Below, piece after piece: positions 19,306-30,093 of a DNA stretch of 64,000 bases (positions are counted from its first letter, which is position 1; each line of letters opens with the position of its first letter). Source of the stretch: an uncultured Bacilli bacterium (GTDB taxonomy: Bacteria > Bacillota_I > Bacilli_A > RF39 > UBA660); assembly GCA_950097225.1 (NCBI GenBank), contig CATNCE010000004.1, forward strand, positions 2,493 to 66,492, written 5' to 3'. The notes beneath the pieces were generated by a model. It had not been told where the DNA came from and made no database searches. It saw only the letters and a program-made list of their open reading frames with translations. The position numbers and the translations under genes are program-made.

Positions 19306-20697
19306 CTAGAATCTAAAATATAAGAATGGGTTATATGAGTTATCTACTAAATAAGCTGTTGTAATAAACAAGATAGCAATTATAACTACTGGCTCTAGTA
19401 GGTTTATTATTTTATTGGTATTTGGCTTGCTTTTTAGTTTATTTACGATACTTTTTAATAGTGGCGTTGAACCTATTATTGCAATTAATAAGATCACAAT
19501 GTTATTTCGCAAAACATAGATAGTATATTGGTTAATAAATAAACTTTCTTTGCCTCCAAATAGACCAATTATATTGCTAAATGCTTCGCTCATATCAGTA
19601 GATGCAAATATAATAAAGCTTATTAAAACTATTAATAGTACATAGCATCGTTTAAAAATGTTTGGTATCTTATCAAGAAAGGAATTTAAGAATAGCTTTT
19701 CAATAATTAACACTACCCCAAATAAAAGTCCCCATATTACGAAGTTCCAACTTGCTCCGTGCCAAATGCCTGTTAGCATCCAGACAATTAATATATTCCT
19801 AATTTGTATTTTTAGACCTTTTTTATTTCCACCTAAGGGAATATAAATGTAATCTTTAAACCATGTACTTAAAGAGATGTGCCAACGATGCCAAAACTCG
19901 GTAATACTCTTGGAGATAAAGGGATAATTGAAGTTTTCAAGAAAATGAAATCCAAATATCCTTCCTAAACCGATGGCCATATCAGAGTAAGCGGAAAAAT
20001 CAAAATAGACTTGCAGCATATAACTTATAGCATAAAGCCAATAAAATACTATGCTTTTTTCATCTGTTGCAAGAAAGTCTGAACAGGTTAATCCAAGCAT
20101 ATTAGCTATCAATACTTTTTTCCCTAGACCAATACAAAATAGTCTTATGCCACTAGAAATATCATCAAGCGTCGATTTTCTATCCTTTAATTCAAGAGCA
20201 ATTTTGTCATATCTAACGATAGGGCCAGCTATAAGTTGAGGAAATAAAGCTACATAAGTGGCAAGGGAGAAAAAGTTTTTTTGGACGGGTACTTTTCCAT
20301 TATATACATCAATCACGTAGCTAAGAATCTGAAAAGTATAAAATGATATGCCAATTGGCAAGGCAATTTCCAAAAATGGAATACTAGTATTAAAAGCAAA
20401 ATTTATGTTGCTAATAAAAAAGGAAGTATATTTAAAAAATATTAAAAGCGATAAATGAATAGCTATGATTAGAACAAAAATAGAACGCTTATGAAATCGA
20501 TTAATTAATAAAGCTCCCAGGTAAGCAATCAATATTTCTGCAAGCATTAACAATACATAGCTTTGTTCCCCATAAAAGTAGAACATTAAAGATGCTAGTA
20601 ATAAAATAAAGTTACGAAACTTATTTGGAATAAGAAAATAAAGAACAATTACAATAGGTAAAAAATAATAAATAAAACTTATACTGGTAAATATCAT
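19306..20697 (-). CDS. MBOAT-family membrane O-acyltransferase (AlgI/DltB-like)
   Basis: Polytopic membrane protein with the conserved FWHRWHISLSTWFKDYIYIPLGG histidine motif. Confidence 0.88.
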   Translation of the reverse strand: MIFTSISFIYYFLPIVIVLYFLIPNKFRNFILLLASLMFYFYGEQSYVLLMLAEILIAYLGALLINRFHKRSIFVLIIAIHLSLLIFFKYTSFFISNINFAFNTSIPFLEIALPIGISFYTFQILSYVIDVYNGKVPVQKNFFSLATYVALFPQLIAGPIVRYDKIALELKDRKSTLDDISSGIRLFCIGLGKKVLIANMLGLTCSDFLATDEKSIVFYWLYAISYMLQVYFDFSAYSDMAIGLGRIFGFHFLENFNYPFISKSITEFWHRWHISLSTWFKDYIYIPLGGNKKGLKIQIRNILIVWMLTGIWHGASWNFVIWGLLFGVVLIIEKLFLNSFLDKIPNIFKRCYVLLIVLISFIIFASTDMSEAFSNIIGLFGGKESLFINQYTIYVLRNNIVILLIAIIGSTPLLKSIVNKLKSKPNTNKIINLLEPVVIIAILFITTAYLVDNSYNPFLYFRF

Positions 20698-20749
20698 TTT
20701 ATAAAATCCTCTCTAATTAAGAAAACTTCCAAAAATGGAAGCTTCTTTT

Positions 20750-21301
20750 TTATAATTCACTTTCAGCTGTTTTCTCTAATTCACGACCTATTTTATTATC
20801 AACATATGCTTTAAATTCATCATATATTGGTTTCGCAGTTGCTTCATCTGTCATTATTAAGAATATAACATTTTCATAGTTTGTTATATATAATTTCTCA
20901 GCTGTAACACAAATCCATCTGCGCATGTCGATATTGTCTAACATCTCTTTTTTCATTTGCTCAATTTTAGATTTGTCTTTCACTTTAACAACAGCAACTG
21001 AATATGCTTGAGCATTAATAAATGGTGTTGAAATCACTACATCACTTACATTTTCATTGCTTTTAAGCCCCGTGTATGTTGTTAATTGTAATTCATCAGT
21101 TATGTCAAGAGTTGTCGTTTCCAAGCTAGGTAGCTCAATCTTTGAACTTTCATATATACTATCTAGCATATTTTGCATAGCTTCTGGTGTTTGTAATTTT
21201 AAGTCTGCAGGTGTTTTGTCCTTTTTTAATAAGATAATACTTCCAGCAATTAAAGCAATTACTACTAATGCAGCTATAATAATTGGCATTGTTTTTTTCA
21301 T
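20750..21301 (-). CDS. membrane-anchored hypothetical protein (possibly DUF4358-like)
   Basis: N-terminal anchor MKKTMPIIIAALVVIALIAG. First gene of the MBOAT/DHHW cluster. Family assignment is from memory only. Confidence 0.4.
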   Translation of the reverse strand: MKKTMPIIIAALVVIALIAGSIILLKKDKTPADLKLQTPEAMQNMLDSIYESSKIELPSLETTTLDITDELQLTTYTGLKSNENVSDVVISTPFINAQAYSVAVVKVKDKSKIEQMKKEMLDNIDMRRWICVTAEKLYITNYENVIFLIMTDEATAKPIYDEFKAYVDNKIGRELEKTAESEL

Positions 21302-21562
21302 ATTTTATTTCTCCTTTTATCTAAATTATATTATATTAATTTCTTTTTGTAAACGATATCTATTATTATTTATTTTAGTTTAGAGAAACTCTGAGCACTA
21401 ATGTTTTTAATATATTTAATATCAACAAGAAATATTTTGATCTTTGTGTGTTTACGCCAATTCGTGGTTATCGCCTAAAATAAATAAACGTTTAGATTCT
21501 ATAAACAACTGAGATATAAAAAAAGTATTTCAATATAGAAGTAATACTAATAGGCTAAATTA

Positions 21563-22387
21563 TTATAATGATTTTAGGAATTCTTCGAAGCATACACCAT
21601 AGTTTGGAGGCAGCTCTAATTGGTTAGTATAACGTATAGATATATTAATAAAATTTACGGCCTTGTTCACAGCTTTGTATAAAGAGCCATTAGGATTCTT
21701 AATTATACTGGCAGCAACAATGGCAGTAAAAATATCCCCTGTTCCCGTGCGATAGTCGCCTATCTTCTTTGTTGTTTTAATTTTTAGATGATTATTTTCA
21801 TAAGCACAATTTAAAATTTTATTTTCTTTTTCAATTCCTGTAATTACAACTTTCTTTGGGCCCATTAAAGATAGCTTATGACATAGATCTTTTAAATTTT
21901 CTAAAGTCGGAATAAATGTTTCATAATCCGTATTAGTTAATTTGCAAGCTTCTGTTAAATTAGGAGTTATTAAATCAGCATAGGGAATCATATTTTTAAT
22001 CTGTTCACACATCTTTTCTGTGTAGGAATTATATAAATGTCCATTATCTCCCATTACTGGATCAATTACTATAAAAGTTGTCTCCTTTTTAAATTTCTTG
22101 AAAAAACTTATAACATGGTTTATTTGTGCTTCTGATCCTAAAAAGCCTGTGCATATGCTATCGAATTCAATATTATTAAATTGCCAATTATCCATATAAC
22201 TTTCCATGTTAGCAGTGAAATCATATAATTGGTACTGCGGAAATTTGGTATGTGTCGATAATATAGCAGTTGGCATAACACATGCTTGGATTTTCATAGC
22301 AGATATTATGGGCTGTTGAACAGCTATTGAACAACGTCCAAAACCAGTAATATCATTTATTAAAGCTATTCTTTTTTGTCTTTTCAT
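21563..22387 (-). CDS. pdxK: pyridoxal/pyridoxamine kinase
   Basis: N-terminus RIALINDITGFGRCSIAVQQPIISAMKIQACVMPTAILSTHT and ribokinase-fold C-terminal GTGDIF motif. Confidence 0.75.
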   Translation of the reverse strand: MKRQKRIALINDITGFGRCSIAVQQPIISAMKIQACVMPTAILSTHTKFPQYQLYDFTANMESYMDNWQFNNIEFDSICTGFLGSEAQINHVISFFKKFKKETTFIVIDPVMGDNGHLYNSYTEKMCEQIKNMIPYADLITPNLTEACKLTNTDYETFIPTLENLKDLCHKLSLMGPKKVVITGIEKENKILNCAYENNHLKIKTTKKIGDYRTGTGDIFTAIVAASIIKNPNGSLYKAVNKAVNFINISIRYTNQLELPPNYGVCFEEFLKSL

Positions 22388-22425
22388 TTTTACGATTCAC
22401 CTCTATATGTCAGATATTATATCAT

Positions 22426-23409
22426 TTATAAAATAGAATTCCAAAAGTCTGAATCACTAAAATTTAGCCCCTTTTCACTTTCTTTTAGCCAAAATTTATC
22501 TTCTTCGGATATCGGCGCAAAATTATTTAAATAGCATATTTGCAGAATACCAATTGCATTGGCTAAGTCGTATAGTAAAGGAAATACTTCGAGTTCATAT
22601 TCTGTTAATTTTGCATATTTTTGATATTCACTTAACATTAGATGCGTTTTTCTTATTGTATCTGCCTTGTTGTTTGAGTTTAAACACAAGTCACAAGCTG
22701 CAACTGCTAAATCCACAATACGTGGTAAATAATTTGAAGAAGCAAAATCAATTATCCATACTGAACCATTAGTGTCTTTCATAATATTAGATTTTATGAT
22801 GTCCCCATGAATAAAGCATTGTGGCAATTTGTCGAGCTCGATATTTTTAAAACGCATAGATAATTCCGAAAACAATTTTGAGTATTTTGAATCCAAATAC
22901 TTCTTTTTAGAATCATACTCTTTTGTGAAGTTTGTAATAGTACATGGATCGTATATAAATTCAGGTTTTAGTTTTAAATTATGAATCTCGCTCATTTGTT
23001 GGACGATAGATTTTATCTCATCATCACTCGGCATCGCTTTTAATTCATAGAAACTTTTTCCATCTATATGCTCAAATACACACACTCTATATTCTATATT
23101 ATTAAACTCAATTATTTGCAAATAGATATTGCTAACCTGTAATGGTTTTGGAGTATTAATATCTAGATTTGAAACCATTTTAATTCTGGTAATATAATTA
23201 CGTATTTCTTCCATGGTCCGATCTTTATTAAATATCTTAACACAATATTGCGCCTTAGATGTGGTTAATATATAGTTGAAGTCTTCATATCCTATTAAGA
23301 TGACCTCATCTTTTATATAGTCTCCTATTTTATATAACTGACAAATACTTTCTGATATGTTTTTCAATTCCGTGTTTAAATTTATTCTCTTGTAAAATTC
23401 ATTAAGCAT
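22426..23409 (-). CDS. aminoglycoside/choline-kinase-type phosphotransferase (APH family)
   Basis: Catalytic loop FIHGDIIKSNIM and WIIDF metal-binding motif. Confidence 0.7.
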   Translation of the reverse strand: MLNEFYKRINLNTELKNISESICQLYKIGDYIKDEVILIGYEDFNYILTTSKAQYCVKIFNKDRTMEEIRNYITRIKMVSNLDINTPKPLQVSNIYLQIIEFNNIEYRVCVFEHIDGKSFYELKAMPSDDEIKSIVQQMSEIHNLKLKPEFIYDPCTITNFTKEYDSKKKYLDSKYSKLFSELSMRFKNIELDKLPQCFIHGDIIKSNIMKDTNGSVWIIDFASSNYLPRIVDLAVAACDLCLNSNNKADTIRKTHLMLSEYQKYAKLTEYELEVFPLLYDLANAIGILQICYLNNFAPISEEDKFWLKESEKGLNFSDSDFWNSIL

Positions 23410-23420
23410 TGTTTTTCTCC

Positions 23421-24170
23421 TTAGTTTTTATTGTAAGTTCTGTTTAATGCATCAATATATTTATTCATATATTTATCACGATCTTTTTTATTATATTGCA
23501 TGATGTATCTTGGATGTTCTAGTGCAATAATTTGATCAAAAAATTGATACTTTTCGTTAATCTCTGTTAGGAATTTAAAATTGTCGCCAGTTCCTATGCA
23601 GTAACAGATAGAGGTATCAATTCCCATAGCAATTTGCCGTTTTATTGATTCAACAATGAAATCATACAAAGATTCTCTTAGCTTCTTTTTCTCGTAATAA
23701 TTGGCGTTTATTTCATTACCTTTAGGACTTATATTGATGATTCCTAATGGGCAAACAAAGCTCATAAAAAAGTGAGCATAAAACTTTTTACAACCTCCAT
23801 ATTGCTCTATGACATCATATAAAAAATCAGAAGACGATTTATTTATATAAAAGTCATCAATCTTAATACCAGTTTCTTTGTAAAGATGATTGGCATCTTC
23901 AAACGGAATTCCCGTAGTTGATGTTCCTTTTCTAGCTGGTGAGCTTCCAAGAATTAGGTATCTCTTTTTATGATCATTATAGTATTTATTATAAAAAGAC
24001 GTTGTAATTTCTTTTATTTTTGCTCTGTTTTCACCATTGAAAGGATTTAGAATACTGTAACTATCAAATAATTCTAAAGATACACTTGCTAACCATTCAT
24101 TATATTCTAGTACACGTTCTGAAAATTTTTTCTGGGTGTCCATATTATCAACTCGCTTTTTTAGACTCAT
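23421..24170 (-). CDS. uracil-DNA-glycosylase-superfamily-like protein (DUF4918/SMUG2-like), tentative
   Basis: YLILGSSPARKGTSTTGIPFEDA resembles the GxNPG...G(V/I)PF(T/E)D motif of that family. Recognition is from memory. Confidence 0.4.
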   Translation of the reverse strand: MSLKKRVDNMDTQKKFSERVLEYNEWLASVSLELFDSYSILNPFNGENRAKIKEITTSFYNKYYNDHKKRYLILGSSPARKGTSTTGIPFEDANHLYKETGIKIDDFYINKSSSDFLYDVIEQYGGCKKFYAHFFMSFVCPLGIINISPKGNEINANYYEKKKLRESLYDFIVESIKRQIAMGIDTSICYCIGTGDNFKFLTEINEKYQFFDQIIALEHPRYIMQYNKKDRDKYMNKYIDALNRTYNKN

Positions 24171-24231
24171 GTTTTCCGATTTTATTTTTTAGTTGGAAAA
24201 ATCTTAAATAAGATATGGATTATTTATCTAG

Positions 24232-24624
24232 TTAGTTATCTTTTGCTACTATTTCAATTTCTATTGTGGCAACTTGAGCTGGGTAACTTTCTAAGATTGC
24301 GCCTTCATAAGTTATTTTTACCGTTGTTCCTACTTCGTAAGGTGTATTGTCATTCTTTAAATTAATATGAAATTTATCAGAGCTTTTTTTCTCTTCTTCA
24401 TTATCGTTAGGTTCTACTATTAAGTATGATGGTTTAATTTCAAGGATTTTCCCATAAAACGAATGTTTATCGTGACTTATAGTATCATTAGAGCCATTAG
24501 AATTTGTTTGAAAATCAAAAGTTTCGCGAGCTGTTACATCTTTTTCGATGATTTTATATATGACTCCGATTCCTGTACTTAAAATTAATACAATTATAAC
24601 ACTTATAATTATTTTTCTTTTCAT
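24232..24624 (-). CDS. small membrane-anchored/secreted protein
   Basis: N-terminal TM/signal segment. C-terminal beta-rich domain (YGKILEIKPSYLIVEP...VKITYEGAILESYPAQV). Confidence 0.45.
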   Translation of the reverse strand: MKRKIIISVIIVLILSTGIGVIYKIIEKDVTARETFDFQTNSNGSNDTISHDKHSFYGKILEIKPSYLIVEPNDNEEEKKSSDKFHINLKNDNTPYEVGTTVKITYEGAILESYPAQVATIEIEIVAKDN

Positions 24625-24663
24625 AATATTCTCCTTTATATTTTAAATTCTGTACGTTTAATG

Positions 24664-25725
24664 CTATGAAATTTTCTTTATCAATATTTCAGGATTTTCT
24701 GCTGCCACTTTTTCTCCAGAAATATATTTATTTTCTAAGGCATATTTAAGAGTCATTGTTTGATTAGTTAACATAAATTTAATTAATATTTCATTTGGAT
24801 TATCACTCTTTATATAGTAACTATTTTTATGATCTTTATAAATCAATTGCTCATTAGAGTTATTAAAATCCCCGTAAGCTAAAATGCTATAAAATACATA
24901 GTTTGTGTTCTCTTCTATAATTTTTCTTAGATCAATGTCATTTGATATTGAGTAGTAAGAACAGCCCTTGTGGAGGCTTGCTGGGATAACTCTTTTTCCG
25001 TCACTCCAAACATCAATTGTATCAATTAATTTGCCATTATCATACATTTTAAATTGAAAACTATTACCATCGCACAAGAATGCATCTCCATATTTTTTAC
25101 TGCTAGAAATAGTATTTAATACTTCTTTTAATGTGTCTTTGTCGTCAATGATTCCTAATTCTTCCTGGTTAAATTCGATAACTATTTTAGTGGTATTATT
25201 TATTTTATTTAATGTTTTTTTAGGAATAGTTTTGCCATCATCAGTGGCATTTTTAACCATACATTTATTAACCACCTCTTTGAAATCAACGTCATTATCT
25301 TGACTATGGATATAAATAGTAGGTGTTAGTGGGCTTTCGTACATTTGATATACGGAGAATTTATTATAAAAATATTCATCAAAATCTTTCATGACGCTTG
25401 ATTCATAAGTTCCATTTTTAGGGAAAACCATTACATAAATATTATTTGGCTGATTACCAGCATACACTCCTTTATAATAATCTATTTTTTCTTCATCACT
25501 ACTTTTTATCGCACTTAAAGGTATTTCGATTAGTCCATCTTGTTCTTGGGAAAGATAACTTTCTAGTTGATTTTCTAGACATTGTATTAATTCTTTATTA
25601 TCAGCTTCTGTTGGGGTATTATCAACATCTTGATCTTTCTTGCCACAACCTACAACTCCTAAAATCATCACTCCAAATAAAAAAATCGTTAATATAGTTC
25701 TTTTCATATTCACTCTTCCATTCAT
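24664..25725 (-). CDS. lipoprotein, unknown function
   Basis: Signal peptide ending in the lipobox LGVVGCGK. Confidence 0.6.
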   Translation of the reverse strand: MNGRVNMKRTILTIFLFGVMILGVVGCGKKDQDVDNTPTEADNKELIQCLENQLESYLSQEQDGLIEIPLSAIKSSDEEKIDYYKGVYAGNQPNNIYVMVFPKNGTYESSVMKDFDEYFYNKFSVYQMYESPLTPTIYIHSQDNDVDFKEVVNKCMVKNATDDGKTIPKKTLNKINNTTKIVIEFNQEELGIIDDKDTLKEVLNTISSSKKYGDAFLCDGNSFQFKMYDNGKLIDTIDVWSDGKRVIPASLHKGCSYYSISNDIDLRKIIEENTNYVFYSILAYGDFNNSNEQLIYKDHKNSYYIKSDNPNEILIKFMLTNQTMTLKYALENKYISGEKVAAENPEILIKKIS

Positions 25726-25838
25726 AATTCACTATTATTATATCATTATCGGATGTTATTTATATAGCATTAGATAGCAAATTTATTATAAAACAAAAAA
25801 AGAGTTCTTTATCGACTCTTTCACTTCTTGTATTTAGA

Positions 25839-26558
25839 TTAGTCAATCATATCAAACCAGTAAGCCATTTCTAATGTTCTACAATTAATATAGCAAAATG
25901 CATAACTTGATTGCATTTGATCACACGATGCAGAAACATAAAGGAAACTATCATTTTCGTTAGAATGAGCATATAGTTTTTCTAAATTTTCTAAACCAGC
26001 CACATAATTTTGGGCATACTCTTTATTCTCTGTTAGCTCTTGATAAGTGCTACTTCCAATAGAGGCAATATAAAAATTTTTTTCTATGTAATATTCATCA
26101 TAATCCAAAAGATAATAATGTTGCAAATTTTCTTCAATTTCCTGTTGATGAGATTCAATATATCTTAATACTTCTAAATAAGATTCTTTTGACATGTTTT
26201 CACCCATTTTTAAATATATTTGATTTTGATTCATTAAAATAGGAGATCCTTTTAATTTAATGCTTTTTTGCAACTCATCCATTTCTATATTTATTTTTCC
26301 TAATTTAGGATCATCGATTATTTCTTCAGTCACATTATTTTCTTTATATTTCTCCTCTTTTTTGCTGAGGGTAGCACCATAAATTATACCAATAACAAAT
26401 ATTATAACTACTATTGATATATAGATTAATGTCGGATTAAAATTTCCATTTTCCATAAATATCTTGGAAACGATTTGAAATAATGGTAATCCGATAAAAA
26501 TTGCCAATGCAAAAATGACTAATAAAATGGTTTTAAATTTTTCTTTCATAATTAGCAC
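25839..26558 (-). CDS. membrane protein, unknown function
   Basis: Two N-terminal TM helices then a soluble domain. The start could be the internal MKEKFK. Confidence 0.45.
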   Translation of the reverse strand: MLIMKEKFKTILLVIFALAIFIGLPLFQIVSKIFMENGNFNPTLIYISIVVIIFVIGIIYGATLSKKEEKYKENNVTEEIIDDPKLGKINIEMDELQKSIKLKGSPILMNQNQIYLKMGENMSKESYLEVLRYIESHQQEIEENLQHYYLLDYDEYYIEKNFYIASIGSSTYQELTENKEYAQNYVAGLENLEKLYAHSNENDSFLYVSASCDQMQSSYAFCYINCRTLEMAYWFDMID

Positions 26559-26632
26559 CTAATACTTTAATGGTTTAATTATAACATATATTTATAAAGT
26601 TTTAATACATTAATAATTTTTAATTTCAATTT

Positions 26633-27328
26633 TTAGTCATTGTCCCTTACTTTATTTTTCCTTTTTAATTCATAAACTATATCAACATTATCACAAACAT
26701 TTTTAGAATGAGTAACAATAATTACACATTTATTTTCTTTATGTGCTAAAGTTTTGAATATTTTTAAAATCTCATCTTCTGTATCTTTATCTAAATTTCC
26801 CGTTGGTTCATCTGCAAGAATAATATTCGGATTGTAAGATAGACTTCTAGCAATAGCGATTCTTTGTTGCTCTCCACCCGATAATTTTAAAACTCTGCGA
26901 TTGGCGAATGATTCATCAAGTCCAACGCTTTTCATAAGTTCAATTGCTCGACTTCTTTTATTGTCAACTTTCACTTTGCTTATATCCATAGAAAGTATTA
27001 TATTTTCAACTGCTGTTAGATGAGGAAGTAAGTTATAACTTTGAAATACAATGCCAGTATAAGTATTTCTATAGGTATCTAAATCTATCTTTTTAAGATT
27101 TTTATCATCATAGAGAATACTTCCTTCATATTTTGTTTCTAAACCACTAATAAGAGAAAGTAAGGTAGTCTTCCCACTGCCACTTTTTCCTTTTATAGCA
27201 TATATTTTTCCTAATTCAAAAGAATAATTAATATTTCTTAAGACATAATCATCTTTATCTGCATCTTTGTAACGATAACTAACATTTGTTAAATTTAATG
27301 TTTCTTTATTTTCTTTTTTCTGTTCCAT
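26633..27328 (-). CDS. ABC transporter ATP-binding protein (MacB/LolD-like)
   Basis: Walker A GKSGSGKTT, signature LSGGEQQR, Walker B ILADEPTGNLD. Confidence 0.9.
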   Translation of the reverse strand: MEQKKENKETLNLTNVSYRYKDADKDDYVLRNINYSFELGKIYAIKGKSGSGKTTLLSLISGLETKYEGSILYDDKNLKKIDLDTYRNTYTGIVFQSYNLLPHLTAVENIILSMDISKVKVDNKRSRAIELMKSVGLDESFANRRVLKLSGGEQQRIAIARSLSYNPNIILADEPTGNLDKDTEDEILKIFKTLAHKENKCVIIVTHSKNVCDNVDIVYELKRKNKVRDND

Positions 27329-28347
27329 TAGCTTCTCTCCTTTAAAATAGTAAGTGGCGAAAATTTTGATATAGAAATCATACTGGCAAGCGAACTAAGT
27401 ATTGTAAGTAATATTCCTATTCCAAGTAACTCTGCTAATATTTTAAAATCTACAACTGCATTTATCGTATCTACTTGGCTAATGTCTGCAACCCTGAACT
27501 TTGATCTGATGCTTTCACTATCACTTTTGTTATTTTCGTTCATATCTTTATCATCTGAACGACCAAAGTTTTTATTAATATTAGAATACTCATTTTTAGA
27601 ATTCGCAATTTCTGATGCTAAAAGATTGTTGGCAACTTTCACACTTGCAAACGAACCGATTCCAGCTCCAATACTCAAAGACAAAATACAAATAATTAGC
27701 AATTCTATCATAAATTGGAATGATAATTTTGTTTTTTTCATTCCAATAGTTCGTAAAACTCCTATTTCATATTTTCTTTCACGAATATTTATCATGTTTA
27801 TTACAATTAAAACAACTCCACCAATAATTAAAGTAATAACTAAAAAGTTGAATGCGAATATTTTAACATTTTTTATTGAATTTGTAGCACTTTCTATTTC
27901 CTCTATATTATCATCTACTTTATAGTACTCACTTAATCCCTTTACTTTTACTTCATTTGCAAACTTATCAATATTTTCTTTATTATTTAAAATAAATGTA
28001 GGCGTTATGGTTGCACTTAGATCCTCATTTGTTGATAGAATAGTTTTGATAAAATTTACGTTTGTTATTATTTCGTTTGCAGAGTTTGAAAACATTTTAG
28101 ATATATTATCTGATGATTCTGTATTCTCTTTGTAAATACCTGTTATTAAGAGTTCATAAGCGTTTTTCTCGTTTTTAGTATCAAGAACCGTGATTGAGTC
28201 TCCTAATGATAAATCATTTAAACTAGCAAGTTCCTCTGAGATCACACAATTACTACTATTAAAATCTTCACTTACTTCTCCCTCTATAATTGTGTAATTT
28301 CCATTTACAAAGTCTTTTATGTCTTCGTAAGAATTATAACCAATCAA
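27328..28347 (-). pseudogene. FtsX/MacB-type ABC permease lacking its N-terminal TM1 (5'-truncated)
   Basis: Begins inside the extracytoplasmic domain (LIGYNSYEDIKDF..) at a TTG. Only the C-terminal TM bundle is present. The frame is open for only 13 codons upstream, where it runs into histidine-kinase sequence. Confidence 0.65.
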
Positions 28348-29051
28348 TGTAAAAGCTCCATTTTGGGATTTTCCTCTAAAGTTTCAGCACAAGCTATTAT
28401 TACAGATAGTGGTGTCTTTAATTCATGGGAAGCATTGGCGATAAACTCTTTTTGCTTATTGAAACTTCGTTCAACTGGTTTAATAATCCAACTCAATAAT
28501 ACTTTTGAAATGATTAAAATAATAATTTCAGAAAAAATGAATATTATGCTCCCAGTCAAAAATGAAGTTTGAAGTCTATTATTTATGTCACTGTTGTCTA
28601 TTAAAGTAATATAATTATTTTTTTCATATTTATAAGATATTTTATTAAAATAAAGATTTCCTATATAAGTACAGCTCTCTTCATTATCGTTCTTTATTTT
28701 TAAAGCATAGTCTTTGATATTACTATCTATGAGTCCATCTGGTGTATGACTTATTATTTCTAGCATGTCATTATTATCATCTAGCAAAATCGTATATATT
28801 GTAGCATCCATAAATCTTCTAGGATTTTCTTTAACTATCTTATCAGGAACGGTGTCATCGTCTGTTAATTTTAGATTAAAATCTTTTTCATGTAGTCTTT
28901 TATCGTTATTCATTCGGAGTAGATTTTGTTGTATATTCATTTTCTCTCTATTGTAATTTTGAAAGGTAAAAATATATAAAATACTAATAACAAACAAAGA
29001 GAGAATAATAAATATTGTCCAAAATATCTTTCTTCTTAACTTATTCATCAT
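28344..29051 (-). pseudogene. sensor histidine kinase truncated just after the H-box (no HATPase domain)
   Basis: TM1, sensor domain, TM2 and H-box ANASHELKTPLSVI are present. A TGA stop follows about 20 codons later, so the N/G1/F/G2 boxes are absent. Confidence 0.7.
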
Positions 29052-29727
29052 ATACCTCTAACTTATATCCAAGACCTCTTACTGCTTTTATAGAGACATT
29101 ACAATCTATAATCTTTAATTTCTTTCTTATAAAAGATATATATGCCTCTAAATTATTCGATTCATAAACACTATCCAGGCCCCATACAGCATCATATATT
29201 TGATTTTTTGATATTATAATATCTTTATTTTTCATTAAATACTCAAGTAATAAAAATTCTTTGCATCCTATTTCTATAGATTCATTTGTTGATGTGCAAT
29301 ATAAACTAGATGTTTTTAAATTAAGTTTTAAGTTTCCTACTTCTATATAATCTTTTATTTTTTTGGAATTATCTTTTCTTAGTTGCACATTTACTCTTGC
29401 TATTAATTCTTCAACATGAAATGGTTTTGTTACATAATCATCTGCGCCATAATTAAAGCCACTTAATTTATCTTCTAGTTCGGCTTTGGCAGTTAGCATT
29501 ATAACTTTTGTATCTATCTTTTCTTCTCTTATTTGTTTTAATATTTCAAAACCATTTACAAAAGGCAGCATTACATCTAGAATGATTAAATTATATATTC
29601 CGCTAAGGGAATTATATAAACCTTCTTCTCCATTAGTAGCTATATCAACTGAATATTTTTCTTTTGTTAATCTACTAAAAATTATATCAGCTATAGTTAA
29701 TTCGTCTTCGATAATTAAGATTTGCAT
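29041..29727 (-). CDS. OmpR-family response regulator
   Basis: Receiver domain (ILIIEDE, DVMLP, LTAK) plus a winged-helix output domain (VRGLGYKL). Confidence 0.9.
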   Translation of the reverse strand: MQILIIEDELTIADIIFSRLTKEKYSVDIATNGEEGLYNSLSGIYNLIILDVMLPFVNGFEILKQIREEKIDTKVIMLTAKAELEDKLSGFNYGADDYVTKPFHVEELIARVNVQLRKDNSKKIKDYIEVGNLKLNLKTSSLYCTSTNESIEIGCKEFLLLEYLMKNKDIIISKNQIYDAVWGLDSVYESNNLEAYISFIRKKLKIIDCNVSIKAVRGLGYKLEVYDE

Positions 29728-30061
29728 AAATTCACCACCTTAAATGTAAACTATAATTATTAAGAAATGTTCCTTACTTTATGGGCTTTTGCAAATAGCC
29801 GATTTTTAAGTATAACATTTAATTTTAAACGTATAATCTATATAATATTTATACTTTTTGTTCTAATATTTACCGTTTTTTCCTATATTATAACATTTAT
29901 TTATATATTAATTAAATTTTTTTACCTGAATTTTAAAGGGTTTAAAAATAGTTAAATTTAACAAGTATTTTATGAATTTTACATTTTGGATAATTAAAAG
30001 GGTTGTTTATTCGTAGTTTCAATCTTTTAAGATTATTTTTATTTTTGCCTTTTTCTTCATT

Positions 30062-30084
30062 AAAAAACAAGCCCTTTTGGGCTT
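30062..30084 (-). terminator. intrinsic terminator after the VanZ-like gene
   Basis: AAGCCC-aaaa-GGGCTT followed by GTTTTTT on the minus strand, 10 nt after the stop. Confidence 0.7.
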
Positions 30085-30093
30085 TTATTGTAA

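Noticed and set aside
29767-29955. 62-aa plus-strand ORF in the intergenic region upstream of the response regulator
   Set aside because: It is an extremely AT-rich, Phe/Ile/Tyr low-complexity translation with no RBS. It is most likely a chance open frame in promoter DNA.
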